Positions 41,415-52,229 of a stretch of 64,000 nt of DNA are shown here, piece by piece. The stretch lies in assembly GCA_963664405.1 (NCBI GenBank), contig OY761158.1:6592001-6656000 (forward strand), in the 5' to 3' direction. The DNA is from Thermoanaerobaculia bacterium. Lineage in GTDB: Bacteria; Acidobacteriota; Thermoanaerobaculia; Multivoradales; Multivoraceae. Position 1 is the first letter of the stretch; each line of letters begins with the position of its first letter. Below the pieces are notes generated by a model. It was not told the DNA's origin. It saw nothing but the letters and a program-made list of their open reading frames with translations, and did not search any database. The position numbers were made by a program, and so were the translations under genes.

Positions 41415-43343
41415 TTGACCGCAGAGTCGAGCTTGTCAGCATCCCACTCATTTCCAGCCTGGGCTACGCTGAGCTCGCTGCTCGTCTGGTTGCTCGCGGC
41501 GTGCTCTCCCCAGCAGGCGACTCAGGAGCGCCTGTGGGTCGACGAGGAGGAGTGGCAGCGGATCGAGCTCGGCTGGGCGCGCGCGGTCTCCCTCGACCGC
41601 TCGCGAGTGATTCCGGACGTAAGCCGAGGTGAGCGGCTCGAGGCAGTGATTTTCGTCTCAGAGACCGGCGGCGAACTGGTGGTGGAATCGGGCGGGAGAG
41701 AGAGCAGGGTCCCTGTTCGAGGATCTCAGCGGATCGAAGTCAAGCTCTCTCCGGGGCATGCAAAGGTGCACTATGAGGGCTCTCCCGCGGTCATGCACGG
41801 CGCCCGCCGAGTACGAGGTGAGCCGGCCACCAGGAGAGAGATGCTGGTCCTTGTCGATACCCTTCGCGCCGACTACGCCACCGCGGAGCGGATGCCGGAA
41901 GTCGTTGGCTTCTTCGCTCCCGGCGCTCTCTTTCGCCGCGCCTACAGCCCGGCTACATGGACACCCCCTTCGGTGGCCTCGATCTTCACCGGTAAGGTGC
42001 CGGCGAAGCTTCGCCTCGCGGATGCCGACGGCAGTTTGATCGCGCTTCCTCCGCGGCAGGACACCCTGGCCAAGGCGATGGGCCGAAGGGGCTTCCACTC
42101 GGTGGCGATCATTGGTAACTACGTCATCAATCATGAGAATGGCTTCTCGGCCGGGTTCGACCTGTTTTTGGCCCCTGAGGTGCTCGATGCCGGAGAGTGG
42201 CCCGATGCTGAGCTGATCGCCGACCGCGCCCGCCAGGTGCTCAGCTGGCTTGGCGATCGCGACCTCTTTGTCTACCTTCACTTCTCCGATCCCCACGATC
42301 CCTACCGCAATCACGAGGCCGGGAGCGCTCTGGCTGCTCCTACGACCGGAGAAGAGCCCGGTCCGACACCCTCGGAGCTGGCGGCGTTGAAGGAGGCCTA
42401 CGGCAGTGAAGTCCGCCGACTCGACGGCGTCCTCGGCACCCTACTCCGCGACGCTGAGCCGCTGGATGTCGTGGCCTTTACCTCCGATCACGGTGAAGAG
42501 TTTCTCGAGCATGGCGGCTTCAAGCACGGGCCGACCGTCTATCCCGAGGTGAGTCGGGTGCCTCTCATGGTCCGGGGTGGCGCTGTGGAAGCGGGAAGCT
42601 TCGATGACCCGATTTCTCTAGTCGATCTCAAGGGGATGCTGACCGAGCCGCCTGGAGCGAGCTCGACGTCGGCTCATGGGGTGGGGATCGAGAGCTTTAC
42701 CCACGGTGTCCCGCCGCGCTGGTCTTGGGCTCATGAGGCTGGGCAGGTCTTCTTGTTCGCCCAGGAGCTCGGTGGGCGACGGGATCAGAACGGCGACGCT
42801 GTCGCCACCTGGCTGGAGCGCAATCACCCCGCCGTCGTGTACAGCGCGGCTGACGGCGAGGCTCGATTCGGCGGTCCCGGGGAGTTGCAACAGGCGATGC
42901 TCCGACTCGGCGGACACTTCTGGGGCTATCGAAGGGGTGTGTGGATCTTCCAGCCCGAGCCGGGGGAATTGCTCTTGGAAGTTGGCGGCGTCGAGCAAGA
43001 AGGCTGGGTCTGGGGGCCTGAAGCCGCGACGAGTGTCGTGGCGAATGGCGAAGGCGGGGTCCTCTTGAGCCGAGAGGAGGGGCCGAGCTTGATCTTTCTT
43101 GCCGGAAGCGAGGCTTCTTCGCAGGTCGTGGACTTAGCGATGGCTGAGCCGATCTTGCTTCGTAAGGGGCCTCCTCGAGAGCTTCCCAGCCCTGCGCGAC
43201 TCATCGCTTGGGCCGATCCCGGAAGAGACTCGGCCGAGATCGCGGGTGTGTCGGAGACCATGGAGAGGCTGCGAGTCCTGGGCTACCTCGATACCCAAGG
43301 CGCACAAGATCGCGAGACAGCGAAGAAGGAGAGACGACCATGA
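41415..43343 (+). CDS. Sulfatase-like (alkaline phosphatase superfamily) exported/lipoprotein
   Basis: VDTLRAD, WTPPSVASIFTG, DPHDPY, TSDHGEEF.EHG and C-terminal LRVLGYL; start approximate. Confidence 0.8.
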   Translation: MTAESSLSASHSFPAWATLSSLLVWLLAACSPQQATQERLWVDEEEWQRIELGWARAVSLDRSRVIPDVSRGERLEAVIFVSETGGELVVESGGRESRVPVRGSQRIEVKLSPGHAKVHYEGSPAVMHGARRVRGEPATRREMLVLVDTLRADYATAERMPEVVGFFAPGALFRRAYSPATWTPPSVASIFTGKVPAKLRLADADGSLIALPPRQDTLAKAMGRRGFHSVAIIGNYVINHENGFSAGFDLFLAPEVLDAGEWPDAELIADRARQVLSWLGDRDLFVYLHFSDPHDPYRNHEAGSALAAPTTGEEPGPTPSELAALKEAYGSEVRRLDGVLGTLLRDAEPLDVVAFTSDHGEEFLEHGGFKHGPTVYPEVSRVPLMVRGGAVEAGSFDDPISLVDLKGMLTEPPGASSTSAHGVGIESFTHGVPPRWSWAHEAGQVFLFAQELGGRRDQNGDAVATWLERNHPAVVYSAADGEARFGGPGELQQAMLRLGGHFWGYRRGVWIFQPEPGELLLEVGGVEQEGWVWGPEAATSVVANGEGGVLLSREEGPSLIFLAGSEASSQVVDLAMAEPILLRKGPPRELPSPARLIAWADPGRDSAEIAGVSETMERLRVLGYLDTQGAQDRETAKKERRP

Positions 43344-43800
43344 ATCGTCTCGAAGGCCGGCTTCTCGAGCTCGGACACACTCTGCCCGAGCCCAAACATG
43401 CGGTTGGAAACTACCTGGGGTCCAAGCCGAGCGGCGACCTGCTCTTCGTTTCGGGCCGGGTCAGCCAGCTTCGGGGTGAGGTCGGTTCTGCGATCGACGC
43501 CGACACGGCGAAGCTCGCCGCGCAGAGCGCGATGCTCGATATCCTGGCGATCGTCAAAGAGGACATCGGCGACCTGGATCGGATCGTGTCGTCGAGAAGA
43601 TGCAAGGCTTTGTCCGCTCGGCACCCTCCTTTACCGAGCAACCTCGGGTAATCGATGGCGCGTCCGAGCTACTGATCGAGCTGTTAGGTGAGGATGGTCG
43701 TCACGCACGAACCGCGACTGGGGCCGCCCAGCTCCCGTTCGGTGCCGCGGTACAGCTCGACTTGGTGCTTCGCCTCGCGGAGCCGACCCGAGACGGCTAG
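43340..43800 (+). pseudogene. RidA/YjgF family protein split by a 1-nt frameshift near 43592
   Basis: First frame gives LP.P...GNY..LFVSG..GDLDRIV; second frame continues EKMQGFV..F.EQP.V.DGAS.LL..GRHARTA.G..LP. Confidence 0.75.
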
Positions 43801-43875
43801 AGCTCCGGTGAACGCGGAAGGCGACTGCTGCTATTCTGGTTCTTCGGTGCAGCCAACGAAAATAGGAGAGGACGG

Positions 43876-44727
43876 ATGATTCAGGCAGGCGAATACTGCG
43901 GCTTCGAGCTCACGATCGAGGACCCCGGGATTGTTGTTGTCACTTTCAACGAGCCGGAGCGACTCAATGGCATGACCCAGCCTTTCAAGCGGGACCTGGT
44001 TGAAACGCTCACCCAGTGCCAGATGGATGACAAAGTCAGAGTCGTCGTCTTCACCGGCAGCGGCCGGGCCTTCTCGGCCGGCGACGACATCAGCGGCCAT
44101 GGCCGAGAGCACGAGTCCAAGCTGGTGCCTGGGATCTTCCGCGGCCATCACAATCACATCGGCACATATGAGGGTCTGCGCATGCTCTCGCAGCCGGTCA
44201 ACACCGCCATCCGCGATCTCGACAAGCTCTGCATCTCCGCCATCAACGGCGTCGCGATCCAGACTGGGTTCTCGCTCGCCCTAGCCAGTGATTTTCGCAT
44301 CGCAGCCCGCAGCGCCCGGGTCGGCAGCGCCACCCTACGTTTCGGCCTCCTACCGGACGAGGGCGGCCAGTACCTGTTGGTCCAGCTCTTGGGTGTGGCC
44401 GGGGCGATGGACTTCCTGATGCGCAAGCGCATCGTGGATGCCGAAGAAGCGCTGCGACTCGGGCTCGTCCACGAGGTCGTCGAAGATGAGGAGCTGATGG
44501 CTCGAGCTCTGGAGCTGGCCCGGGAGCTGGCCGGCGGTCCACAAGTGGCGATGCGTCTGCTCAAACGCTCGATCTACAACGCCGCGGAGATGACCTTTTC
44601 CCAGGCTCTCGACGAGATTGCCTCGAAAACCCCGATCGCGGATCATCACCCCGATGCTCGAGAAGGCGTCGCGGGATTTCGCGAGAAACGTCAGCCCCGC
44701 TTCAATCGCTGGCTCGAAGAAGAGTAG
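43876..44727 (+). CDS. Enoyl-CoA hydratase/isomerase family protein
   Basis: N.PERLNG, TGSGRAFSAGDD, AINGVA, GLLPD and EGVAGFREKR.P.F. Confidence 0.92.
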   Translation: MIQAGEYCGFELTIEDPGIVVVTFNEPERLNGMTQPFKRDLVETLTQCQMDDKVRVVVFTGSGRAFSAGDDISGHGREHESKLVPGIFRGHHNHIGTYEGLRMLSQPVNTAIRDLDKLCISAINGVAIQTGFSLALASDFRIAARSARVGSATLRFGLLPDEGGQYLLVQLLGVAGAMDFLMRKRIVDAEEALRLGLVHEVVEDEELMARALELARELAGGPQVAMRLLKRSIYNAAEMTFSQALDEIASKTPIADHHPDAREGVAGFREKRQPRFNRWLEEE

Positions 44728-44742
44728 CGTGAGTTGTGGGCG

Positions 44743-47571
44743 ATGAGCCCTGTTGATTCGGCCGTCGGCCGGCTAGGGGGCCGAGCGGCGCTTGCTATCT
44801 TGGCCCTGGTTCAGAGCGCCGCTGTTTTCGGCCAGGTGGAGAACGAGCGCATATATCTCTCCGGTCGGGGCCGGTCCGACCCGGTACCGTGGCAGTTTCG
44901 TATCTCCTCAGGACAGCGGGCAGGAGAGTGGTCGACGATCGGCGTGCCTTCGCAGTGGGAGCATCAGGGCTTCGGCGCCTACGCCTATGGCTTCGAGGAG
45001 TCGAGCTCGGAGGAGGTGGGGAGCTACGCCCTCCGCTTCTCGGTCCCGTCGGAGTGGACAGGAGATCGCGTCGCCCTCGTCTTCGAAGGAGTGATGACCG
45101 ACTGCAGCGTTTCCCTCAATGGGGAGCCATTGCTGCCGGCGCATCAGGGCGGCTTCACCCGTTTTTCCTACGCCGTCGAGGATGTCCTGCGCTTTGGCGA
45201 AGAGAACCTTCTCTTGGTGCGGGTGGCCGAGCGCTCGAGCGAGCCATCGGTGAATCGAGCGGAGCGCGATGCCGACTATTGGGTGTTCGGCGGTATCTAT
45301 CGCCCCGTCTATCTCGAGAGCAGCCCGTCCACCTCGATCTCCTCGCTGCGTATCGACGCTCGGCATGATGGAGACCTCGCTCTGAGTGTGGCCCTGAGTG
45401 GCGCGGTGAGAGGAGAGCTCGAAGGAAGAGTCGTGGAGTGGAGAAGTGGAAGGGAAGTGGCTCGTTTCACCGCAGCTGTCGAGGGCGAGGAGGTCGAGCT
45501 TCGGCAGGCGATTCCTGGCGTCAGTGCCTGGAGCGCCGAGGACCCCTTTCTCTATCAGCTCGAGCTTGTCCTGCATGATGACTCCGGGCCGGTTCACCGC
45601 CGGGTGGAGCGCTTTGGTTTTCGCTCATTCGAGATTGATCCAGCCAGGGGATTGCTGGTGAACGGCGAGCGGGTCCTTCTCAAAGGGGTCAATCGGCACT
45701 CGTTCTGGCCCTCTTCCGGGCGGGCTCTAGATGCGACGATCAACCGTCAAGACGCCGAGCTGATCAAGGCACTCAACGCCAATGCTGTGCGAACTTCCCA
45801 TTACCCGCCGGACAGAGAGTTTCTCGCCGTCTGCGACGAGATCGGGCTCTATGTCCTCGACGAGCTTCCAGGCTGGCACGACGCGTACGCGACCGAGATC
45901 GGTCGCACCTTGGTGGAGGAAATGGTGGCCAGGGATCACAATCATCCTTCCGTTATCGCCTGGACGAACGGCAATGAAGGAGGTTGGAATCGCGCGCTCG
46001 ATTCTGAGTTCTCCCGCTGGGACCTTCAAGCTCGGCCGGTTCTGCATCCGGATGAGATCTTCGGCGGCATTGATGCTACTCACTATCGTGACTGGGCTGA
46101 GATGACGGAGGCGCTCGACAGCCGATCTTGGCGAAATCGTTGGCGCGGACTGTTCTCACCTCTCCCGTTGGTGATGCCGACGGAAGCGTTGCACGGCCTT
46201 TATGATGGTGGGCATGGTGCGGGCTTAGAGGACTTTTGGGGCCTCCTTCGTGAAGCGCCGAGAGGCGGCGGGATCTTTCTCTGGGCCTTCCTCGACGAAG
46301 CGGCCCTGCGAGTCGACGAAGAGAACCGACTCGATACTCGAGGCAACTTCGCGCCGGACGGCCTGGTCGGACCGTGGCGTCAGCGAGAGGGGAGCTTCTG
46401 GGCGGTACGATCTCTTTGGGCGCCTGTTCGGGTGGCGATGGCCGGGGTTTCGAGCCGAGCTCTCGAACTGCAGTTGGAGAATCGTTTCGATCACATCGGC
46501 CTCGCCGGCTGCCGTTTTTCCTGGGAGTGGCTCCGCCTTCCGCGCCAGGCGGAGGGTGGGGAAGTGGTGCTGGCGCGAGATTCCGCTCCGGGACCGGACA
46601 TCGATGTCGGTGCAACCGGATCGCTGACGATTCCTTTTCCGCCGGCAGACGAAGAGGAAGGGTTTCTGGCTCTGCGGTTGCGCGCGCTCGACAGGGACGG
46701 CCGCGAGCTTGGCGTATGGGTGTTTCCGGTCGAGGGCATCGAGCCCGCTCCCTCTCGAAGGAGTGAGGCGAAGCTTCTTGCCCGGCAGGCGGGGGGTAGC
46801 CTTTTTCTCGAGAGTGGTGATCTCGTGGTGGAGCTCGACCCCGATTCAGGGGCTGTGGTCGAGCTCTCACGGGGAGGCCGCGTGCTGCCCCTGCGAGGAG
46901 GCCATTCAGCTGCAGAGGAGAGCCGGCCGGTATCGAGGGTCGAACGAATCGATGAACAGGATCGCAAGGGGGTGCGCTTTCACTATGGTGGCGGAGACCT
47001 GCTCACAACGACTTATTCGGTCGACGGCTCCGAATGGCTGAGTGTGGAGTGGGAGATCGAGGTCAAGCAGGAGTCGGCTGTCGTCGGACTCACTTTCTTC
47101 TATCCTGAAGAAGGTGTTCTGGGAGCTCGCTGGCTGGGTGTCGGGCCTTTCCGAGTGTGGGGGAACAGGCTTGGTGGTGGAGTGCTTGGCGTGTGGGAGA
47201 AGGAGTGGAACGACACCGCTACCGGAATACAGTGGCAGTATCCCGAGTTCAAGGGCTTTCATGCGGGCGTGCGGTGGATGAGTCTGCGCGGTCGCGAGGG
47301 GAGCCTGGGCCTGAGGTTGCAAGAGGGCCTGTATCTCGGCCTCTTCCGTCCGGCCTTTGCCCAGGGGATGGGGGGTGACGGTAAGCCTCTCGCTCGCCAC
47401 ACCGAGGCCGACCAGCCCCGCGGCGATCTCTCGTTTCTTCACTCGATCTCGTCGATGGGTACCAAGTTCCACTCCGCCGAGGAGCTCGGTCCGCAAGGCC
47501 GTGGTCGTCTCGCAGCCGGTGTCTATCGGGGGCGAATCTGGCTCCGTGTCGAGGACGAGGAGTCGCGGTAG
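44743..47571 (+). CDS. Glycoside hydrolase family 2 (beta-galactosidase-like)
   Basis: VPSQWE, FEGVMTD, GGIYRPV, LKGVNRH, NAVRTSHYPP, NHPSVIAW..GNE and PTE.LH. Confidence 0.92.
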   Translation: MSPVDSAVGRLGGRAALAILALVQSAAVFGQVENERIYLSGRGRSDPVPWQFRISSGQRAGEWSTIGVPSQWEHQGFGAYAYGFEESSSEEVGSYALRFSVPSEWTGDRVALVFEGVMTDCSVSLNGEPLLPAHQGGFTRFSYAVEDVLRFGEENLLLVRVAERSSEPSVNRAERDADYWVFGGIYRPVYLESSPSTSISSLRIDARHDGDLALSVALSGAVRGELEGRVVEWRSGREVARFTAAVEGEEVELRQAIPGVSAWSAEDPFLYQLELVLHDDSGPVHRRVERFGFRSFEIDPARGLLVNGERVLLKGVNRHSFWPSSGRALDATINRQDAELIKALNANAVRTSHYPPDREFLAVCDEIGLYVLDELPGWHDAYATEIGRTLVEEMVARDHNHPSVIAWTNGNEGGWNRALDSEFSRWDLQARPVLHPDEIFGGIDATHYRDWAEMTEALDSRSWRNRWRGLFSPLPLVMPTEALHGLYDGGHGAGLEDFWGLLREAPRGGGIFLWAFLDEAALRVDEENRLDTRGNFAPDGLVGPWRQREGSFWAVRSLWAPVRVAMAGVSSRALELQLENRFDHIGLAGCRFSWEWLRLPRQAEGGEVVLARDSAPGPDIDVGATGSLTIPFPPADEEEGFLALRLRALDRDGRELGVWVFPVEGIEPAPSRRSEAKLLARQAGGSLFLESGDLVVELDPDSGAVVELSRGGRVLPLRGGHSAAEESRPVSRVERIDEQDRKGVRFHYGGGDLLTTTYSVDGSEWLSVEWEIEVKQESAVVGLTFFYPEEGVLGARWLGVGPFRVWGNRLGGGVLGVWEKEWNDTATGIQWQYPEFKGFHAGVRWMSLRGREGSLGLRLQEGLYLGLFRPAFAQGMGGDGKPLARHTEADQPRGDLSFLHSISSMGTKFHSAEELGPQGRGRLAAGVYRGRIWLRVEDEESR

Positions 47572-48926
47572 TGATCTGGAAAGGAAGCTCAGCTCGGACC
47601 GTCCTGGTGACCGCGCTACTCGGTCTCTTGAGTGTTTCGCAGGCCAGGACTTTGTATGGGGAGGATTGGCCCTCGCTCCTCGGCCCAGGACGCGACGGCA
47701 GGTCGGCGGAAACAGGAGCGCTTGCGCCCTGGTCCGCGGGAGGCCCCGAGCTGCTGTGGCAGCGTCCCACCGGCGAGGGGTACAGCGCACCGGCAGTGGT
47801 CGGGGGCCGTCTCTATTTCTTCGATCGCGATGACGACGAGGTGCGAATTTCGTGCCTGGACGCGGCAAGCGGCAAGGAGATCTGGGTACAGCGCGCGAGT
47901 ACGGTCTATAGCGACTACTACGGTTACAGTAACGGGCCCAGGGCGAGTCCTGTCGTCGACGGAGACCGGGTCTATACCTTCGGCGTTGACGGTTGGCTGC
48001 GATGTCACGATGTTCAGAATGGTGATGTTCTTTGGCAGGTGGACACCGGCACTGAGTTCGGTGTGGTCCAGAATTTCTTCGGCGCGGGCTCGACTCCGGT
48101 GGTCGAAGGCGATCTGCTTCTGGTCCAAGTGGGCGGGAGTCCGATTGGGAGTCCAGGGGTCCATAGTGGCAAGGTAACGAGCAACAGCAGCGCGATCGTC
48201 GCCTTTGACAAGCGCAGCGGCCGTGTCCGCTATCAGGCCGGTGACGAGCTCGCGAGCTATGCGAGCCCCATCGTTGCGAGCATCGACGGTCGTCGTCTCG
48301 GTCTCCTCTTTGCGAGGGGGGGGCTGCTCGGCTTCGACCCGTCGGACGGTGCCGTTGGGTTCGAGTTTGCTTGGAAGGCCCGACGGCTGCAAAGTGTCAA
48401 CGCCGCTACTCCAGTGGTCGTTGGGGATGAGGTTTTTCTCACCGAGGCCTATGGCCTGGGGGGGGTGCTGTTACGAGTGAGTCACAGTGGCTACGAGGTC
48501 GTATGGCAAGACCCTCCGACCCGCGCCAAGAGTCTGGCCAGTCACTGGTCGACCCCGGTCTATCACCAAGGCCATCTTTACGGGTCGAGTGGCGAGCACA
48601 GCGCCGCCGCCGAGCTGCGCTGCGTCGAGTGGGCGAGTGGACGGGTACGATGGCGCGAGCCGGGCTTGAAACGTTGCACGCTTCTGTACTTCGACGGTCG
48701 GATTGCCGTGCTTTCAGAGTATGGCGAGTTGCTCGTGGTCGAGGCTCGATCCGACTCCTTCAAACCCATCGAGAGGGCTACCTTGAGTGACGCTTCCGGC
48801 CGCCCCCTATTGCGCTATCCGGCTTGGAGCCCGCCGGTGCTCTCAAACGGTGCTCTCTACTTGCTCGGCGGCGGGCGTCTTGTCGCTCTCCGTCTGCTTC
48901 TTCCCGCCACGGTAGGGAAGCCCTGA
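47571..48926 (+). CDS. PQQ-binding-like beta-propeller exported protein
   Basis: DWP..LGP.RDG, GYSAP, GPRASP and YASP repeats. Confidence 0.85.
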   Translation: MIWKGSSARTVLVTALLGLLSVSQARTLYGEDWPSLLGPGRDGRSAETGALAPWSAGGPELLWQRPTGEGYSAPAVVGGRLYFFDRDDDEVRISCLDAASGKEIWVQRASTVYSDYYGYSNGPRASPVVDGDRVYTFGVDGWLRCHDVQNGDVLWQVDTGTEFGVVQNFFGAGSTPVVEGDLLLVQVGGSPIGSPGVHSGKVTSNSSAIVAFDKRSGRVRYQAGDELASYASPIVASIDGRRLGLLFARGGLLGFDPSDGAVGFEFAWKARRLQSVNAATPVVVGDEVFLTEAYGLGGVLLRVSHSGYEVVWQDPPTRAKSLASHWSTPVYHQGHLYGSSGEHSAAAELRCVEWASGRVRWREPGLKRCTLLYFDGRIAVLSEYGELLVVEARSDSFKPIERATLSDASGRPLLRYPAWSPPVLSNGALYLLGGGRLVALRLLLPATVGKP

Positions 48927-48957
48927 TCGCGAAAGAGGTCCGCTGGCACCGCTCGCC

Positions 48958-49791
48958 TCAGTCGCCCTCCGTCGCGCGCTCCAGGGCTCTGGTTCGCTCC
49001 TCGACCTCGGTCTCGCGCACAGCCAACTTCCGCCGGGCCTTCTCTAGCGCTTCGTTTGCCCTCTTCAGCCTCGCCTCCGACTTCGTCAGGTCCCGCTGTG
49101 CCTGTTTGACCGATCCTTTTGCGTCAGCGATCTCGACCTCCGCCGCCTCGATCTTCGGGAGGACCTGGCTCAGTGCTGCCTCTGCGGAGCTCAGCTCTGA
49201 GCGAAGACCTTCCAGGAGGGCTTTGGCGGGCCCGGAGCTCCGCGGTGAGCGGGGCGACGCGACGGCAACGGGCTTCGCTGCAGGAGTGAGGGGAACGGTC
49301 GCGAGGACTTCAAAGCCCGGCGGATCGAGCTCGTCGAACATCCTGCCGGGCGCAGGTCCGGGCGGGGCGCGTCCGAAGGCGGCCATCGCTTCGAAAGTCT
49401 TGGCCAGCCTCCTCAGCGTTGCCGGAGTAGGCGGGAGGGCTTGTTCGCGAAGGAGGTCGGAGGCGACGATGACCGCAGCCTCGATCGCCGCTCTTCGCCG
49501 CGCGCCGGCTCCGAGCTGAGCGTCGGCGCTGGCTCCATCCTGGATGAGCTTTTTGAGGTGGTCTCCGCTGGCGAGGATCTCTTCGAGATGAGGATCTTCG
49601 CGCAGGGCGAGGCAGTTGACCGCCCACGCCGTCGGTGAGGGCTTGCGGCGCGCCTTGATCTGGGCGGCTGCCTCGCGTTGGCCGGCCAGGCGGGCTTGCT
49701 TGGCGAGGTCGCCTCGAAGCCCGACGAAATCGCCGGGCGGAGCGGCGTAGAGGCGATCAAGCTCTGCTTCGAGGTCCAGCTCAGGGCTCAC
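48958..49791 (-). CDS. Conserved hypothetical protein with C-terminal coiled coil
   Basis: LY..PP..FV..R..LA...RKPS..AWAVN motif; coupled to the upstream phosphatase. Confidence 0.7.
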   Translation of the reverse strand: MSPELDLEAELDRLYAAPPGDFVGLRGDLAKQARLAGQREAAAQIKARRKPSPTAWAVNCLALREDPHLEEILASGDHLKKLIQDGASADAQLGAGARRRAAIEAAVIVASDLLREQALPPTPATLRRLAKTFEAMAAFGRAPPGPAPGRMFDELDPPGFEVLATVPLTPAAKPVAVASPRSPRSSGPAKALLEGLRSELSSAEAALSQVLPKIEAAEVEIADAKGSVKQAQRDLTKSEARLKRANEALEKARRKLAVRETEVEERTRALERATEGD

Positions 49792-51443
49792 TGGAGCTCG
49801 CGCTTCAGCAGCAGCATAGTGCGGTCATCAGGGTACGGAACGGACTGAACGAAGTCGGCTACGTCCTTCTCTATGGCGTCAGCGATTTCTTCGATAGTCT
49901 GCTTGTAGCTACCCGCAAAGCATCGTGTCAGGCGTTCGAGACCATACTCTTCTTCCGCTTCGTTCTCCGGCTCGGTGATTCCATCGGTGTAGAGCAAGAG
50001 GCTGGCGCCGGGCTCGATATGCGCTTCGCGACTCTCGTACTCCGCCTCCGGTAGCAGTGCGATCGGGAGGCCACAAGTTGGCAACTCCTCGATGCTACCG
50101 TCGGCGTGGGCGAGAAGAGCCGTGTTATGCCCGGCGTTGGTATAGCTGATTCGCCCGGTCTCATGCTCAAGGACGTAAAGAAATGCGGTCGCGTACTTGG
50201 ATGGAGGCGTCCGCTTGTAGAGTCGACGGCAGAGCTTCGAGCAGATGTCGTCGGTCGAGTCTCCGCTCTCGATCGGGGCTGCCGCAAGTGCCTCCAACGA
50301 CGCGGTGACGATTGACGCCGCGATGCCTTTTCCCGAGACATCGGCGAGGAAGAACGCGCACTCTCTGCCTTCTGCCCGCTCCACCACGACGTAGTAGTCG
50401 CCCGACACTCCGCGAGACGGAATGTTTCGCCCGTGAATCGAGTATCCCTCGATCTTCGGCAACTCGTCCGGAAGGAGACTCACTTGGATGTGACGAGCGA
50501 GCTCGAGCTCGGCTTGGAGCTGGCGGCGCTGTACGGCTTCCTCGGTGAGGGCAATATTGCGGATCTTGAGAGCCGCGACGGAGGCTAGCGAGACAAGGAG
50601 CTCCATGTCCTCCTCCGAGAACTGGCGCACCGCGACTTTCGAATTGAGAACGATCATGCCGAGGGTACCGTCGGCATCGAGCATCGGAGCGGCAACCATG
50701 GAGCGGATACCGGAGAGCATGATGCTCTCGGAAGCGGAGAAGCGCTTGTCGGTGGAGGCGTCGAAAACCAGCGCTGCCATTCCCTGCTCGAGCACCTGCT
50801 TGTTGAGGGCGCGTGAGAGAGGGATATCCGTGCTCTGTCCGGGTAGCGCTCGAGTGGCGGCCTGATAGTAGTCGCCCTCCCCGTCTTCCAGGTAGATGAC
50901 GCCCTGTTGGGGCTTCAAGTGGTCGAAGACACGATCGAGAATGAGATCAAGCAATTCTTGATTGGTGAGATGCCCCGACAGGGCCTCGTGAACGTTGCGA
51001 AGGATCTCGAGACGCTGGGCGTAGCGCCGCAGAGCGTCGGCGCTGTCCATGAGGTCGGTGCTCGAGCCGATGTCTTCTTCGAGGAGCTCCGAGGCAGGTC
51101 GGAAGATCGTGGCGCCGATATCGGTGTCTCGCGTGGTCGCTTTGCTGATGCTGGTGCGATCACTGCCGAAAGAGATCGAGCTCGCCGACAGGCGAATCAC
51201 ATCGCCGGGACTGAGCGACCTCGGCCCCTCGATCTGTTCATCGTTGACGAAGGTGCCGTTTCGCGAGCCCAGATCCTCTACCTTGACGACGCCATCCTCA
51301 GCTCTGAGGCGAGCGTGATGGCGGGAGAGGAAGGGGTCGGAGAGAGCGAGGTCAGCGGTTGAGGAGCGTCCGATGATGACGTCTTCCTCTCCGAGCTGGA
51401 AGTCGAAGGGCTCCCCTTCGGCCGGCGTAATTCGGAGCTTCAT
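49788..51443 (-). CDS. FHA-GAF-SpoIIE (PP2C) protein phosphatase
   Basis: FHA: IGRS..SRHHA..DLGSRNGT; central GAF; PP2C: SGDYY, ADVSGKG, YTDGITE and DDRT. Confidence 0.92.
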   Translation of the reverse strand: MKLRITPAEGEPFDFQLGEEDVIIGRSSTADLALSDPFLSRHHARLRAEDGVVKVEDLGSRNGTFVNDEQIEGPRSLSPGDVIRLSASSISFGSDRTSISKATTRDTDIGATIFRPASELLEEDIGSSTDLMDSADALRRYAQRLEILRNVHEALSGHLTNQELLDLILDRVFDHLKPQQGVIYLEDGEGDYYQAATRALPGQSTDIPLSRALNKQVLEQGMAALVFDASTDKRFSASESIMLSGIRSMVAAPMLDADGTLGMIVLNSKVAVRQFSEEDMELLVSLASVAALKIRNIALTEEAVQRRQLQAELELARHIQVSLLPDELPKIEGYSIHGRNIPSRGVSGDYYVVVERAEGRECAFFLADVSGKGIAASIVTASLEALAAAPIESGDSTDDICSKLCRRLYKRTPPSKYATAFLYVLEHETGRISYTNAGHNTALLAHADGSIEELPTCGLPIALLPEAEYESREAHIEPGASLLLYTDGITEPENEAEEEYGLERLTRCFAGSYKQTIEEIADAIEKDVADFVQSVPYPDDRTMLLLKRELQ

Positions 51444-51508
51444 CGAAGGCTCAGGATATCACGAGCTCTGGCCGCGGCCGGACGTCCTCGGTGACGACTT
51501 CGAAGGGC

Positions 51509-52228
51509 TCAGGCGCTCCCGTAAGCATCCAGAAGCTGAGTCGCGAGCTTTGGGCCAACCCCGGCCTCTTCGTGCTTGAAGAAAACATAGGCATCGCTCC
51601 AGGACTCGCTGTCGATGCGTTCGGCCCAGCTCGCGAGATCCGCCTCTTCGTAGTTCTCGCGACGAAGTCGAAGATAGCCCCAGCTTGCCGTTGCCACCCA
51701 CGGCGCGTCGCGGTCCTCGGCCCCCGCATCGGCAATGCAGAGCGAGGCATCTGCGTCGGCCAGGACGGTGAAAACTTCGTCGTCGAACCAGGATTGGTAG
51801 CGGAATTCGAAGGCGGCCTTGGGTTGGCGCGGGAGCAGTGAGCAGAACTCGCGCAGACGCACGACATCTTTCTTGAGATACGGCGGCAGTTGGAAGAGGA
51901 GCGCGCCGAGTGTGTCTCCAAGCTCCGCCGCTACGTCGAGAAGATAGAGCAGCGAGTCGCCGGCATCCTTGAGCCGGCTGTGGTGGGTGATGCGCCGAGA
52001 GGCCTTGAGAACGAAGCGGAACTCCGGCGGCACCTGCGTGCGCCACTTGGCCATGACCGTGCGCTGCGGCATGCGATAAAAGGTGTTGTTGATCTCCACC
52101 GCCGGCATCTTCTCGGCGTAGTAGGAGAGGAGTTTTCCGGGTGGCAGATCCTTGGGATAGAAGCTTCCCTTCCACGCCTTGTAGGAGAATCCGCTGGTGC
52201 CGACCAGAAGTCGCGGAGCGTTGCCCAC
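51509..52228 (-). CDS. DUF72 domain protein
   Basis: GTSGFSY..W, VEINNTFY, LFQLPP, FEFR..SW and YLRLR. Confidence 0.92.
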   Translation of the reverse strand: MGNAPRLLVGTSGFSYKAWKGSFYPKDLPPGKLLSYYAEKMPAVEINNTFYRMPQRTVMAKWRTQVPPEFRFVLKASRRITHHSRLKDAGDSLLYLLDVAAELGDTLGALLFQLPPYLKKDVVRLREFCSLLPRQPKAAFEFRYQSWFDDEVFTVLADADASLCIADAGAEDRDAPWVATASWGYLRLRRENYEEADLASWAERIDSESWSDAYVFFKHEEAGVGPKLATQLLDAYGSA

Positions 52229-52229
52229 T

